Of a stretch of 64,000 bases of DNA, positions 55,916 to 64,000 are shown piece by piece; position 1 is the first letter of the stretch; every line of letters begins with the position of its first letter. The notes below the pieces were generated by a model that saw only the letters and a list, made by a program, of their open reading frames with translations, was not told where the DNA came from and did no database searches. A program made the translations under genes and the position numbers. The stretch is from an uncultured Desulfobacterales bacterium (GTDB lineage: Bacteria > Desulfobacterota > Dissulfuribacteria > Dissulfuribacterales > QOAL01): the NCBI GenBank assembly GCA_964573805.1, contig CAZNKP010000024.1, forward strand, positions 827 to 64,826, written 5' to 3'.

Positions 55916-57034
55916 TTAGACATAATCCTTGTAATCTCCTTTAGCCAAAACCTCCACAAGCTCCCTCACTCTGTCAAGTTCCCTTCTCGGACAGACCAAC
56001 ACCGCATCATCAACACAGACAACAACCATATCCTGAAGCCCTATAGCACCTACAAGAACATCACCTTTAGAAAAAACAAGACTCCCCCGGCAATCAACAG
56101 TAGCTACCTTGCCGGACAATGCATTCCCTGACTCATCCTTTGAGAGCATTCTGTAAAAACTCTCCCATACCCCAAGATCATACCACTCAAAATCACAGGG
56201 AAATACTACAAGATTTATATCCAAACCAGATGCACCAATGCCACGACATCTGGCAAGCTTCTCTAAAATAGCCGTGTCAAAGGAGTCCTCTGGAAGACAA
56301 TCATAAATCTGACGCACTTCATCTAAAGATATCTCATCTCTGCTTGCACATATCCTATAAAGAGGTTCCCAGACACTAAAGGCATCGTCTTTTAGAAGCA
56401 TATCCAAGACCTTAACCGAGAAAGAGAGCATTCCACTATTCCACAAAAAACGGTTTGAACGGAAATAGGCATTGGCCGTCTTTGGGTCTGGCTTTTCATG
56501 AAAACTAGTCACTTCCATGCAATTCCAGTTGCTGCACTGACCAACCGTACCCCCTGCTTCAATATAGCCATAGGATGTTTCAGGGCTGTCTGGCCTAATG
56601 CCATAAGTTACTATGGAGAAATTGGCAGAGGCCCACTCCATACCCGCCTCGATTATATTGGCAAATCTGTCCGTTGGTTTAATGGAATGGTCCGAGGGGA
56701 ATACTGAAACAACTGCCTCCGGACACCTTTTGCAAATTGTCATAACACCCAAGATAACAGCTCCTGCAGTGCCCTTAGGCACTGGCTCTACAATAATCTT
56801 TGAGCTGTCAAGATCTGGCAACTGACGATTGACCTCATCAACCTGGTAGGGTTTGCAAACCACCCAAATACTGTCTCTGTCAAAAAGGAGCCTCGCCCGC
56901 TCCATGGTCTTTCCAAGAAGTGTAGGTCCACTTTCAACTTGCAAGAACTGTTTCGGCCTTTGAAGCCTGCTCATGGGCCAAAGCCTTGCTCCTATCCCCC
57001 CTGCAAGGATAAGGGCGTGTTTTTGCGTTCTCAT
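55916..57034 (-). CDS. manC: Mannose-1-phosphate guanylyltransferase-like nucleotidyltransferase (no cupin/PMI domain)
   Basis: LILAGGIGARLWPMSRLQRPKQFL N-terminal signature and an FHEKPD block. Confidence 0.75.
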   Translation of the reverse strand: MRTQKHALILAGGIGARLWPMSRLQRPKQFLQVESGPTLLGKTMERARLLFDRDSIWVVCKPYQVDEVNRQLPDLDSSKIIVEPVPKGTAGAVILGVMTICKRCPEAVVSVFPSDHSIKPTDRFANIIEAGMEWASANFSIVTYGIRPDSPETSYGYIEAGGTVGQCSNWNCMEVTSFHEKPDPKTANAYFRSNRFLWNSGMLSFSVKVLDMLLKDDAFSVWEPLYRICASRDEISLDEVRQIYDCLPEDSFDTAILEKLARCRGIGASGLDINLVVFPCDFEWYDLGVWESFYRMLSKDESGNALSGKVATVDCRGSLVFSKGDVLVGAIGLQDMVVVCVDDAVLVCPRRELDRVRELVEVLAKGDYKDYV

Positions 57035-57822
57035 AAGTCCTTGTCCTTATGTACAAAAAGTTCAGAAAATATAGCAGCGCCATATATGGCGGCCGTTTCA
57101 CTTCTAAGTATCCGATTTCCAAGGCCTGCCAATATAAAACCCATATCCCTCAAAAGGTCTTTTTCTTTACCGCTGAATCCGCCCTCAGGCCCTACTGCAA
57201 GAGCAGCAGGAAACAAAACGTTTCTTTCCTGTAACACATGCAAAAGGCCTGCACCTCTTCTCTCTGTCAAAAGAGCAACCTTGCAGTTAACATTTGCAAC
57301 TGCCTCAAGGGCATCTTCCAGACAAAGGGGACTTTTGACCTTGGTGGCTGCAAAACCCCTTGACTGTTTCAAGCCCTCCAGGCAAAGCCCCTGCCATCTT
57401 TTCCTCCTCCTCTCCACTCTTTTGATATCAGATTCGGTTAACCTGCTTCTTTCAGTTACAACAGGTTGGATATAGGCAATCCCTATCTCCGATAGTTTTG
57501 ATACAGCCAGGTCGAACCGCTCAAAGCGAATTGCAGAAAGGAGGATGGTGACAGGCACGACATCATTCCTAATATCGAGTGTTTCCAGAATATTAAGGAT
57601 GATTCTTGCACCTTCCACACTTGCGATCTCTGCGATCATCACCCTCCCGCAACCATCCGCAAGCCGAACACGCTGTCCCTTTCTAAGCCTCCTTGCCCTG
57701 CCAAGATGCAAGGCCTCCTTGCCAGAAAGGACAACAGTTCCCCTGACATGGAACTGGTCCTTTGGAATCAAAAACTGGGGCAGATCAAGCCACTGCTGTT
57801 CTGAAACTCCAACAACACCCAT
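57031..57822 (-). CDS. rsmE: 16S rRNA (uracil1498-N3)-methyltransferase RsmE
   Basis: PUA-like N-terminus (ALHLGRARRLRKGQRVRLADGCG) and the SPOUT C-terminal motif AVGPEGGFSGKE. The start is uncertain (57822 or 57852); both overlap the end of prmA. Confidence 0.8.
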   Translation of the reverse strand: MGVVGVSEQQWLDLPQFLIPKDQFHVRGTVVLSGKEALHLGRARRLRKGQRVRLADGCGRVMIAEIASVEGARIILNILETLDIRNDVVPVTILLSAIRFERFDLAVSKLSEIGIAYIQPVVTERSRLTESDIKRVERRRKRWQGLCLEGLKQSRGFAATKVKSPLCLEDALEAVANVNCKVALLTERRGAGLLHVLQERNVLFPAALAVGPEGGFSGKEKDLLRDMGFILAGLGNRILRSETAAIYGAAIFSELFVHKDKDL

Positions 57823-58697
57823 CGGCTGTCTTTTCTGTCCGGCCTTTTGCACATCATTTTCAGACCAAGACTACAATAGGCCTCACTTACTGCAGCTGCC
57901 TGGTCATCAAGTATGCCACTAAGGATAAGCCTTCCTCTTCTCGCCACCTGCTTGCTAATATCTTTACTCAAGACAAGAAGGGTGTCTCTATCTATATTGG
58001 CAAGCACAATATCAAAGGGACCTTCTACATTCCAAACAGGGGTGGTGCTCACATAAATCCTGTCATGCACATGATTAAGACTAGCGTTTGCCCTCGCTAT
58101 TTCAACAGCATCTGGATCGTTGTCTACCGCAATAACATTCTTGGCTCCAAGCTTAGCGGCACAAATAGCCAAAATACCCGAACCAGTACCAACATCAAGC
58201 ACCGAGGCTGAATCAAGAAGGCCTTGTCCTGCAAGTTCTTCCAACTTCTCAAGTATAAGCCTGGTTGAAGGATGACTTCCAACACCAAAAACGCGACCAG
58301 GATCTATCTCTATCACTACTTCATCGACCTGTGGAACGTACTGTTCCCATGTAGGCTTTACCACAATACGCCTGCCAATCCTCAAAGGCTTAAAATATTC
58401 CTTCCACTTATCATGCCAGTCTTCCTCGATTATCTTTTCTTCTTCAAACGTGATCTGGATATCCGGATGAATGGCAGCGAGTTCTTCAATATAGGTCTCT
58501 ATGGCCCTTAAAGCCCCTGACTCGAGGTCTTCCCTGCTAAGATATGCCTTTATGCGAACCAGTTCTTCGTTGCCAGGGACATCCTCAATCACAACTCCCC
58601 TTCCAAGCTCAGAAACAAGAAAATCCGCCAAGACATCTTCAACACTTCGTTCAGATCTTATGCAAAGCTCTATCCAGAGTTTCTTCTCTTTCCCCAT
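57768..58697 (-). CDS. prmA: Ribosomal protein L11 methyltransferase PrmA
   Basis: PrmA N-terminal domain (LWIELCIRSERS...), the WHDKWKEYFKP block, and SAM motif LDVGTGSGILAI. Confidence 0.85.
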   Translation of the reverse strand: MGKEKKLWIELCIRSERSVEDVLADFLVSELGRGVVIEDVPGNEELVRIKAYLSREDLESGALRAIETYIEELAAIHPDIQITFEEEKIIEEDWHDKWKEYFKPLRIGRRIVVKPTWEQYVPQVDEVVIEIDPGRVFGVGSHPSTRLILEKLEELAGQGLLDSASVLDVGTGSGILAICAAKLGAKNVIAVDNDPDAVEIARANASLNHVHDRIYVSTTPVWNVEGPFDIVLANIDRDTLLVLSKDISKQVARRGRLILSGILDDQAAAVSEAYCSLGLKMMCKRPDRKDSRWVLLEFQNSSGLICPSF

Positions 58698-58808
58698 GCT
58701 TATCATAAAATAATCATATTCCGATAACATTGATGAAAAGCACATTAACTGCAATTTTGTTTTAATTACAAGGTATTCTTTAAAAAAGGATATTACAACA
58801 GCAAGTTC

Positions 58809-60548
58809 ATGAATGATCTCTATTCAGATAAAGACTTTATATTCACTTTACTTAAGAACGAGGGTTGGATTTCCCAAGACGACCAAAAATATTTAGAAGA
58901 AAAACATCATATTGCCTTTCGAAAGGGAATAGATCTTATCCAATGGATAGACTCACTTGGACTAAAAAGGGCTGACAAGCCTGAACGGTTCATTACCGAG
59001 GCAGATCTGTTGGAACTCCTCTGTCACAAAAAAGGTTGGGAGTTTAAACGGTTAGATCCTCTCAACCTGGACATGGAGGTTGTTACTAGAACCCTTCCCT
59101 CATCTTTTGCCAAAACAAGGCTTGTTCTTCCCATAGAATGGCACGGCAACATTCTAGAGATTGCCTCCTATTATCCTGAACAGGAAGAAATCAAGGAAGA
59201 CATAAAAAGGGTATGCAAGGCATCTGTAGCCTTTGTAATAGCACCAAAGTCCGATATTGAACGGGTTATACATGAATTTTTTGATTTCAGAACCTCTATC
59301 GCAGCTGCCCAAGACTTCCTCACCGCCCCAGAAGTGGACATCTCCAACCTGGAACAATATGTTAAACTCTCTGGCAAAGACGTCCAGGCCAATGACAAGC
59401 ATATAAACAAGGCGGTAGACCACCTGTTTCAGTACGCATTAAACGAAAGGGCCAGCGACATACACATAGAACCAAAAAGAAAGGAATCCGTAGTCAGATT
59501 TCGTATTGATGGGGTACTGCACACCATATACAGACTCCCTAGAATCGTACACGAGGCCCTTTGTACCCGTATAAAGGCCCTTTCCAGACTGGACATTGCA
59601 GAGAAAAGAAGACCTCAGGATGGACGGATCAAACTATCTTGGAAGGGGGAAGATGCAGAAGTTAGGGTTTCAACCATACCGGTTGCCTTTGGTGAAAAGG
59701 TGGTGCTCCGTTTACAGAGTGCCCAGATACTTATGAGTGACTTGGATAGCCTTGGCTTTTCAAGGCGTGACTTTATAACTTATAATCAATTCTTACAAAA
59801 CACCAATGGCATGATCCTAATGACCGGACCAACAGGTTCTGGGAAATCCACAACCCTTTATTCCACGCTTAGATATCTCAGCAGGCCAGAAGTAAACATC
59901 GTGACCATAGAAGACCCTATTGAAATGGTCTATGAAGATTTCAATCAAATCGCAGTCCAGCCCCAGATAGACGTCACCTTTTCCACAATTTTGAGAAATA
60001 TCCTCAGACAGGATCCAGATATAGTCATGATAGGCGAGATAAGAGATGCAGAAACAGCACGTTATGCAGTCCAGGCGTCTCTTACCGGCCATCTTGTTTT
60101 TTCAACCCTGCATACCAATGATGCAGCTGGAGCAGTGACAAGACTTCTGGACCTTGGCCTTGAACCCTATCTAATTGCCTCAACCCTTCTCGGAGTAGTT
60201 GCCCAAAGGCTGGTGCGCACCATATGTCCAGAGTGTAAACGCCAGACCTGGATTGCATCCCAAGAACTTGAAGCCTTTGGATGCAAATTGAAACAGGAAA
60301 AGGCCAAGGTGTATTACGGTGAAGGATGCAATGCCTGCAGAAAAACCGGATATTTGGGCCGGATTGGAATATACGAAGTATTGTCTGTTTCTCCTGCGAT
60401 TAAAGAAATGATTCATCGAGGACATTCAGAATCGGAAATAAAAAAAAGAGCTCTAAAAGAGGGAATGAAGACCCTCAAGTTCGATGCCTGCACAAAGATG
60501 CTGCAAGGCATCACCACTATGGAAGAAATTATTAGGGTTACTTATTAA
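58809..60548 (+). CDS. GspE/PulE/PilB-family secretion ATPase
   Basis: T2SSE N-domain, Walker A GPTGSGKST, His box GHLVFSTLHTND, and tetracysteine CPECK...CNACR. Confidence 0.88.
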   Translation: MNDLYSDKDFIFTLLKNEGWISQDDQKYLEEKHHIAFRKGIDLIQWIDSLGLKRADKPERFITEADLLELLCHKKGWEFKRLDPLNLDMEVVTRTLPSSFAKTRLVLPIEWHGNILEIASYYPEQEEIKEDIKRVCKASVAFVIAPKSDIERVIHEFFDFRTSIAAAQDFLTAPEVDISNLEQYVKLSGKDVQANDKHINKAVDHLFQYALNERASDIHIEPKRKESVVRFRIDGVLHTIYRLPRIVHEALCTRIKALSRLDIAEKRRPQDGRIKLSWKGEDAEVRVSTIPVAFGEKVVLRLQSAQILMSDLDSLGFSRRDFITYNQFLQNTNGMILMTGPTGSGKSTTLYSTLRYLSRPEVNIVTIEDPIEMVYEDFNQIAVQPQIDVTFSTILRNILRQDPDIVMIGEIRDAETARYAVQASLTGHLVFSTLHTNDAAGAVTRLLDLGLEPYLIASTLLGVVAQRLVRTICPECKRQTWIASQELEAFGCKLKQEKAKVYYGEGCNACRKTGYLGRIGIYEVLSVSPAIKEMIHRGHSESEIKKRALKEGMKTLKFDACTKMLQGITTMEEIIRVTY

Positions 60549-60574
60549 CAAATCCAAAAGAAACCATTTAGTTC

Positions 60575-61504
60575 TTAGGGAGACAAAAGCTCCTCTTTCT
60601 TTCTTTCATAGGTGGCCCTGCTAATATCGCCCTTGTTGTAAAGCTCCCTGAGGATCCGCAATTTTCTCCTAATCTCTGGATCATCTAAAGCACTCGATCC
60701 CCTGCGTATAGTCTGATGTCTTTTCACTCCAGGCGACTCAAACTTTATCCTTGGTGCCTCTGCTTGAGGAGTTAATTCCTCAACTTGTTGATCTCTTTTC
60801 ATCCTGTGTCTCTTTCTAATAGGAGCAGGCCTAAAATCATAATCTAGATCAATAATAAGCCAGTTGGTATAAAAAGGCTGCTGAAACAAGGAAAAGGTCG
60901 ACCTCTCCACCTTTTTCAGGGCCATACCAGGACCTGGAACCAGTTTCCATGGATTTGCAATTGGCCTGTTGGTTGGATCTCCAATAAACTGACGAATCGC
61001 CTCTGAATAGTTTACCCCTTTGAAGTTTATAGTTCTAAAAACAATATTAAGTTTTCCATCCTTTATAAACATTATACCGCTTGTGAAAAAATCATTGGAA
61101 AAAAATACCAGCACCTGTTCTTTTAACATAAATGAGAAGTCTATCACCTCATCTGGTTGTGCTATTTCAAAGGCCTTTTTAAGCGGTCTTAGAAGCCTTG
61201 CTCGAACCGTGCTACTAAATACAGGAACCTTTTTTGCTTCTCCAAGGACATCCGAATCTTCATAGTAAATAGCCCCGAGTATCCGGTTCAACTTCAGGAG
61301 GCCAAACTGATAGGGATGCTCAAAGCCTCCCTTGGTTACAAGATCTGAACCAGATTCGTACTTGATCAACCTGACCCGCCAGTTATCACCCTTTTCCACC
61401 GGCCGAAACTGATTACGGGGAAACATTGCACAAGAAAACAAAAAAATGGATAATAATATATAAGGCCATGCATATCTTCTCATCATATAAACAAGCTTAA
61501 TCAA
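60575..61504 (-). CDS. Hypothetical lipoprotein with a C-terminal SHOCT-like motif
   Basis: Leader YILLSIFLFSC (lipobox-like). C-terminal LRILRELYNKGDISRATYERKKEELL resembles the SHOCT short C-terminal domain. Confidence 0.55.
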   Translation of the reverse strand: MIKLVYMMRRYAWPYILLSIFLFSCAMFPRNQFRPVEKGDNWRVRLIKYESGSDLVTKGGFEHPYQFGLLKLNRILGAIYYEDSDVLGEAKKVPVFSSTVRARLLRPLKKAFEIAQPDEVIDFSFMLKEQVLVFFSNDFFTSGIMFIKDGKLNIVFRTINFKGVNYSEAIRQFIGDPTNRPIANPWKLVPGPGMALKKVERSTFSLFQQPFYTNWLIIDLDYDFRPAPIRKRHRMKRDQQVEELTPQAEAPRIKFESPGVKRHQTIRRGSSALDDPEIRRKLRILRELYNKGDISRATYERKKEELLSP

Positions 61505-61648
61505 TCATTTTCACTGTTGCAAAATATTTTGCCCCCGGCCAACCTTTGATAATAATATTGATATTAGTCAAGGCTACGATTACAAAGACTAGGTAATATT
61601 ATGTTGTCTGATATTTGTTAATAGAGCTTAAGGAGGATTTATAGCAAT

Positions 61649-62308
61649 ATGTCACAAGTTGCAGTTCCCGGTCTAATTCCCCAAAAAGATGGCTCATTTG
61701 CCATATATGTTGAAGTTCCTAAAGGTGCTTGTCCCCATGCCAATGACCTTCAAACGTTGGCTCAAATGATGAATGAGCTCGAATGCAAGGTGCATCTAAC
61801 CACTGCCCAAAAATTTATGATATTGGACCTGGACGAAGAAAGGGGCAAAAAGGCGTTAGAATATCTTTCCCAAACCAGCCTTTACGCCAAGACTGCCATG
61901 GACCTTTCACAGCCAAGGGTCTGCGTTGGAAAACCTTATTGCAAGCTTGCCTTGCAAGAGACCTTTCCACTTGCAGAAACGCTGGTAGAAAAACTTGCCA
62001 GAGAACCTATTGCCAGAAAGATTAAGGTTGGGATCGCAGGATGCCCTGCCTGTTGTTCTTGGGCGAACATTCTTGACATTGGATTTGTTGGCGTTAAAAG
62101 CGGTTTTCAGGTCTTTATTGGCGGTCATGGAGGGGCGAAACCACGAATTGCTGAAAAGATGGGTTTGATAACCACCCATGACCAGGCAGTGGAGCTTGTC
62201 TCTAAGATAGCTAAACTATTCAGAGAAAATGTAAGGATAAAGTCAAGGCTTGACAGGGTCATAAAAAAGATAGGAATTGAGAAATTTAAAAAGGAAGTGG
62301 GCCTTTAA
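61649..62308 (+). CDS. Small siroheme/[4Fe-4S] nitrite-sulfite reductase family protein (low-molecular-weight assimilatory-type sulfite reductase-like)
   Basis: C-x5-C (CVGKPYC) plus GCPACCSWANILDIGF, which fits the NIR/SIR signature G-C-x3-C-x6-[DE]-[LIVMF]-[GAT]-[LIVMF]. AAGGAGG RBS. Confidence 0.65.
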   Translation: MSQVAVPGLIPQKDGSFAIYVEVPKGACPHANDLQTLAQMMNELECKVHLTTAQKFMILDLDEERGKKALEYLSQTSLYAKTAMDLSQPRVCVGKPYCKLALQETFPLAETLVEKLAREPIARKIKVGIAGCPACCSWANILDIGFVGVKSGFQVFIGGHGGAKPRIAEKMGLITTHDQAVELVSKIAKLFRENVRIKSRLDRVIKKIGIEKFKKEVGL

Positions 62309-62498
62309 ACATATAGCCTGTAAGAGCTGGAGCGTTAAAAAATTTCTTATGGCTGCCCTACAAAAAACCGTTTTTTGTTCGATAACGGCTTGCCTCCCCC
62401 CAAAAATGATCTTTGATACTGGTAACATGTCTACGTTTATTTTTCTTCAGGCCCCTTGTTTTTGAAGCAAAACTCCTAAATCCTTCTTAGAAGGGGCC

Positions 62499-63545
62499 TT
62501 ATACATTGAATCTGAAATTTATAACATCCCCATCCTGCACCACATAATCTTTTCCTTCAAGACGGACCTTACCGGCCTTTTGAGCAGCGTGGTAGCTTCC
62601 TGCCAATATTAAATCTTCAAAGGCCACCACTTCTGCCCTAATAAAACCCCTTTCGATATCAGAATGGATACGGCCTGCTGCCTTTTGGGCTACCGTACCC
62701 CTTTGAACAGTCCAGGCCTTTACCTCATCTTCACCAACAGTGAAAAAAGAGATGAGGCCGAGAAGATTATAAGACTCCCTTATGAGCAAATGGGTAGCAG
62801 GTTCCTCTATACCCATATCTTTACGGAAAAGCTCTGCTTCATCTGCAGGAAGCTGAGACAGCTCCATCTCGAGAGCACCCTTTATCTTAACGGCTACTAC
62901 TCCAGGAGGAAGTTTTACTTTAATGCCTTCTGGCTCCTGATCTTCTCCTAAATTCAATACGACTATGCAGGGCTTTGCAGAAAGAAAGGTATAGCCTCTT
63001 AACTCAGGGGCGCTTCTTATTTCCTCATCTTCTCTAAGGGCACGGCCGCTATCAAGGAATTGATAAGCCTTTTTAAGGAGTTCAAACTCTCTAGGATTGC
63101 CCTTTTTCCCCTTTTTGAGCTCCTTCTCCATACGTTCAAGGCGTTTTTCAACTATCATCTGATCTGTAAGAAGAAGCTCTGCCTCAAAATCTTCAAGATC
63201 CTGCTGAGGCCTGGATGGCTGGCCTGCAAAATCAAAACAACGCACCACATGGACAAGGGCGTCACAGGGTCTCAAAAGACGTAATATGGTCTCTACAGAA
63301 TCCTTTTCTTTCCCTGAAGCCAATCCGCCGCCAAGATCAACGTACTGTATAATCGCCGGACTGGTCTTCTTGGGTTTGTACATCTGGCTAAGCCTTTGCA
63401 ACCTCGTATCAGGAACCTTGACCTGTGCTATATTTGGATCTTTCTTTCCGCCTGAATAGGCAGACACCTCCGCTTCGCTTCCTGTAAGCGCATTGAAAAT
63501 GGTGGTCTTTCCAGCACCGGAAAGGCCTACTATTCCTATCTCCAT
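62499..63545 (-). CDS. ychF: YchF-type ribosome-binding ATPase (divergent)
   Basis: G1 GLSGAGKT. The C-terminal half is collinear with E. coli YchF as I remember it (AAGRIHSDIERGFIRAEV...GKDYVVQDGDVINFRFNV). Confidence 0.8.
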   Translation of the reverse strand: MEIGIVGLSGAGKTTIFNALTGSEAEVSAYSGGKKDPNIAQVKVPDTRLQRLSQMYKPKKTSPAIIQYVDLGGGLASGKEKDSVETILRLLRPCDALVHVVRCFDFAGQPSRPQQDLEDFEAELLLTDQMIVEKRLERMEKELKKGKKGNPREFELLKKAYQFLDSGRALREDEEIRSAPELRGYTFLSAKPCIVVLNLGEDQEPEGIKVKLPPGVVAVKIKGALEMELSQLPADEAELFRKDMGIEEPATHLLIRESYNLLGLISFFTVGEDEVKAWTVQRGTVAQKAAGRIHSDIERGFIRAEVVAFEDLILAGSYHAAQKAGKVRLEGKDYVVQDGDVINFRFNV

Positions 63546-63586
63546 GACCCATTCCTTTTTATTTGTGTTTCGTTAACAATAGACTT

Positions 63587-64000
63587 TTAAGAATCGCCAC
63601 AAGGTCTCGTATCACCTTGAAGTTTCAAAATGGCATGAACCAGCACATCTGCAACTGCCTCCAGACCATCTTGCACAGCCTTTGGACTTCCTGGAAGATT
63701 TATGATAAGACATCCAGCCCTTACTCCAGCAATTCCCCTAGAAAGCATTGCCCTGCTAGTTTTTTTAAGACCAAAAGCACGAATGGCCTCGCTAATTCCC
63801 GGCACCAGCCTTTCGATCACCTTATATGTGGCCTCTGGCGTCACATCCCTTGGAGAAAGCCCCGTCCCTCCTGTGGTAAAGATAAGATCAAGCCCGCATT
63901 CATCCACCCATTTAACAAGAATTTCACAAATTTTTCCTTCCTCGTCAGGACAGATCTCCCTACACTCTACCTCAAACTGGCCTGTATTTTTGAGATAATC
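63587..64000 (-). CDS. mogA: Molybdopterin adenylyltransferase / MoaB-MogA family (5' end outside window)
   Basis: TTGGTGLSPRDVTPEAT MoCF-biosynthesis signature. The frame stays open to the window edge (DYLKNTGQFEVECREICPDEEGKI...). Confidence 0.8.
   Translation of the reverse strand, partial: DYLKNTGQFEVECREICPDEEGKICEILVKWVDECGLDLIFTTGGTGLSPRDVTPEATYKVIERLVPGISEAIRAFGLKKTSRAMLSRGIAGVRAGCLIINLPGSPKAVQDGLEAVADVLVHAILKLQGDTRPCGDS

Noticed and set aside
1-64000. Scan for tRNA, rRNA, CRISPR arrays, transposases, integrases, reverse transcriptases and recognisable riboswitches in the intergenic regions (8170-8453, 11540-11743, 24411-24637, 26405-26803, 28000-28285, 30630-30963, 41726-42045, 47675-48130, 49515-49853, 61505-61648).
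   Set aside because: By eye I saw no cloverleaf-like segments, no spaced direct-repeat arrays, no recombinase-type ORFs and no conserved riboswitch cores. An Infernal/tRNAscan run would be needed to be definitive.

Overview
Gene-dense chromosomal segment with about 60 protein-coding genes. I found no rRNA, tRNA, CRISPR array, transposase or integrase. Most of it is housekeeping or metabolic: a P-type H+-ATPase, ldhA, an amtB-glnK-porin operon, and a long translationally coupled operon (DHH-CBS-CCA enzyme, M50 protease, trpS, scpA, HD protein, diheme cytochrome c, speE, M20 amidohydrolase). It also holds a liv-type ABC transporter with a PaaK-like ligase, gltB, an MCP, a TetR regulator, an RsmF-like methyltransferase, a rhomboid, a GltD/NfnB-like oxidoreductase, and lptD, dgt, manC, rsmE, prmA, a GspE-type ATPase, a small siroheme reductase, ychF and mogA. 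The gene content (Fe-S/DUF3786, HDOD, PaaK-liv, small assimilatory-type sulfite reductase, sigma54-like amtB promoter) suggests an anaerobic Desulfobacterota- or Nitrospirota-like bacterium; this is inference only. Items most worth a second look: (1) a small membrane-anchored protein with 35 uninterrupted Gly-X-Y collagen triplets and a 135-bp-period internal DNA repeat; (2) a secreted-protein locus sharing an uncharacterised WY-rich domain, coupled to a zinc phospholipase-C-like gene; (3) a pentapeptide-repeat::K+-channel fusion coupled to an HDOD protein; (4) a manC-like / Cys-rich unknown / extended CDP-alcohol transferase module; (5) a glnK with a clean frameshift inside an amtB-glnK-porin operon; (6) a decayed Phd/YefM-ParE/RelE toxin-antitoxin remnant; (7) an RsmF gene split across two frames. 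The indel-type lesions in glnK and rsmF may reflect assembly errors (possibly homopolymer-related) rather than biology. All function calls rest on motifs I recognised by eye. No database search, GC calculation or structure prediction was run.
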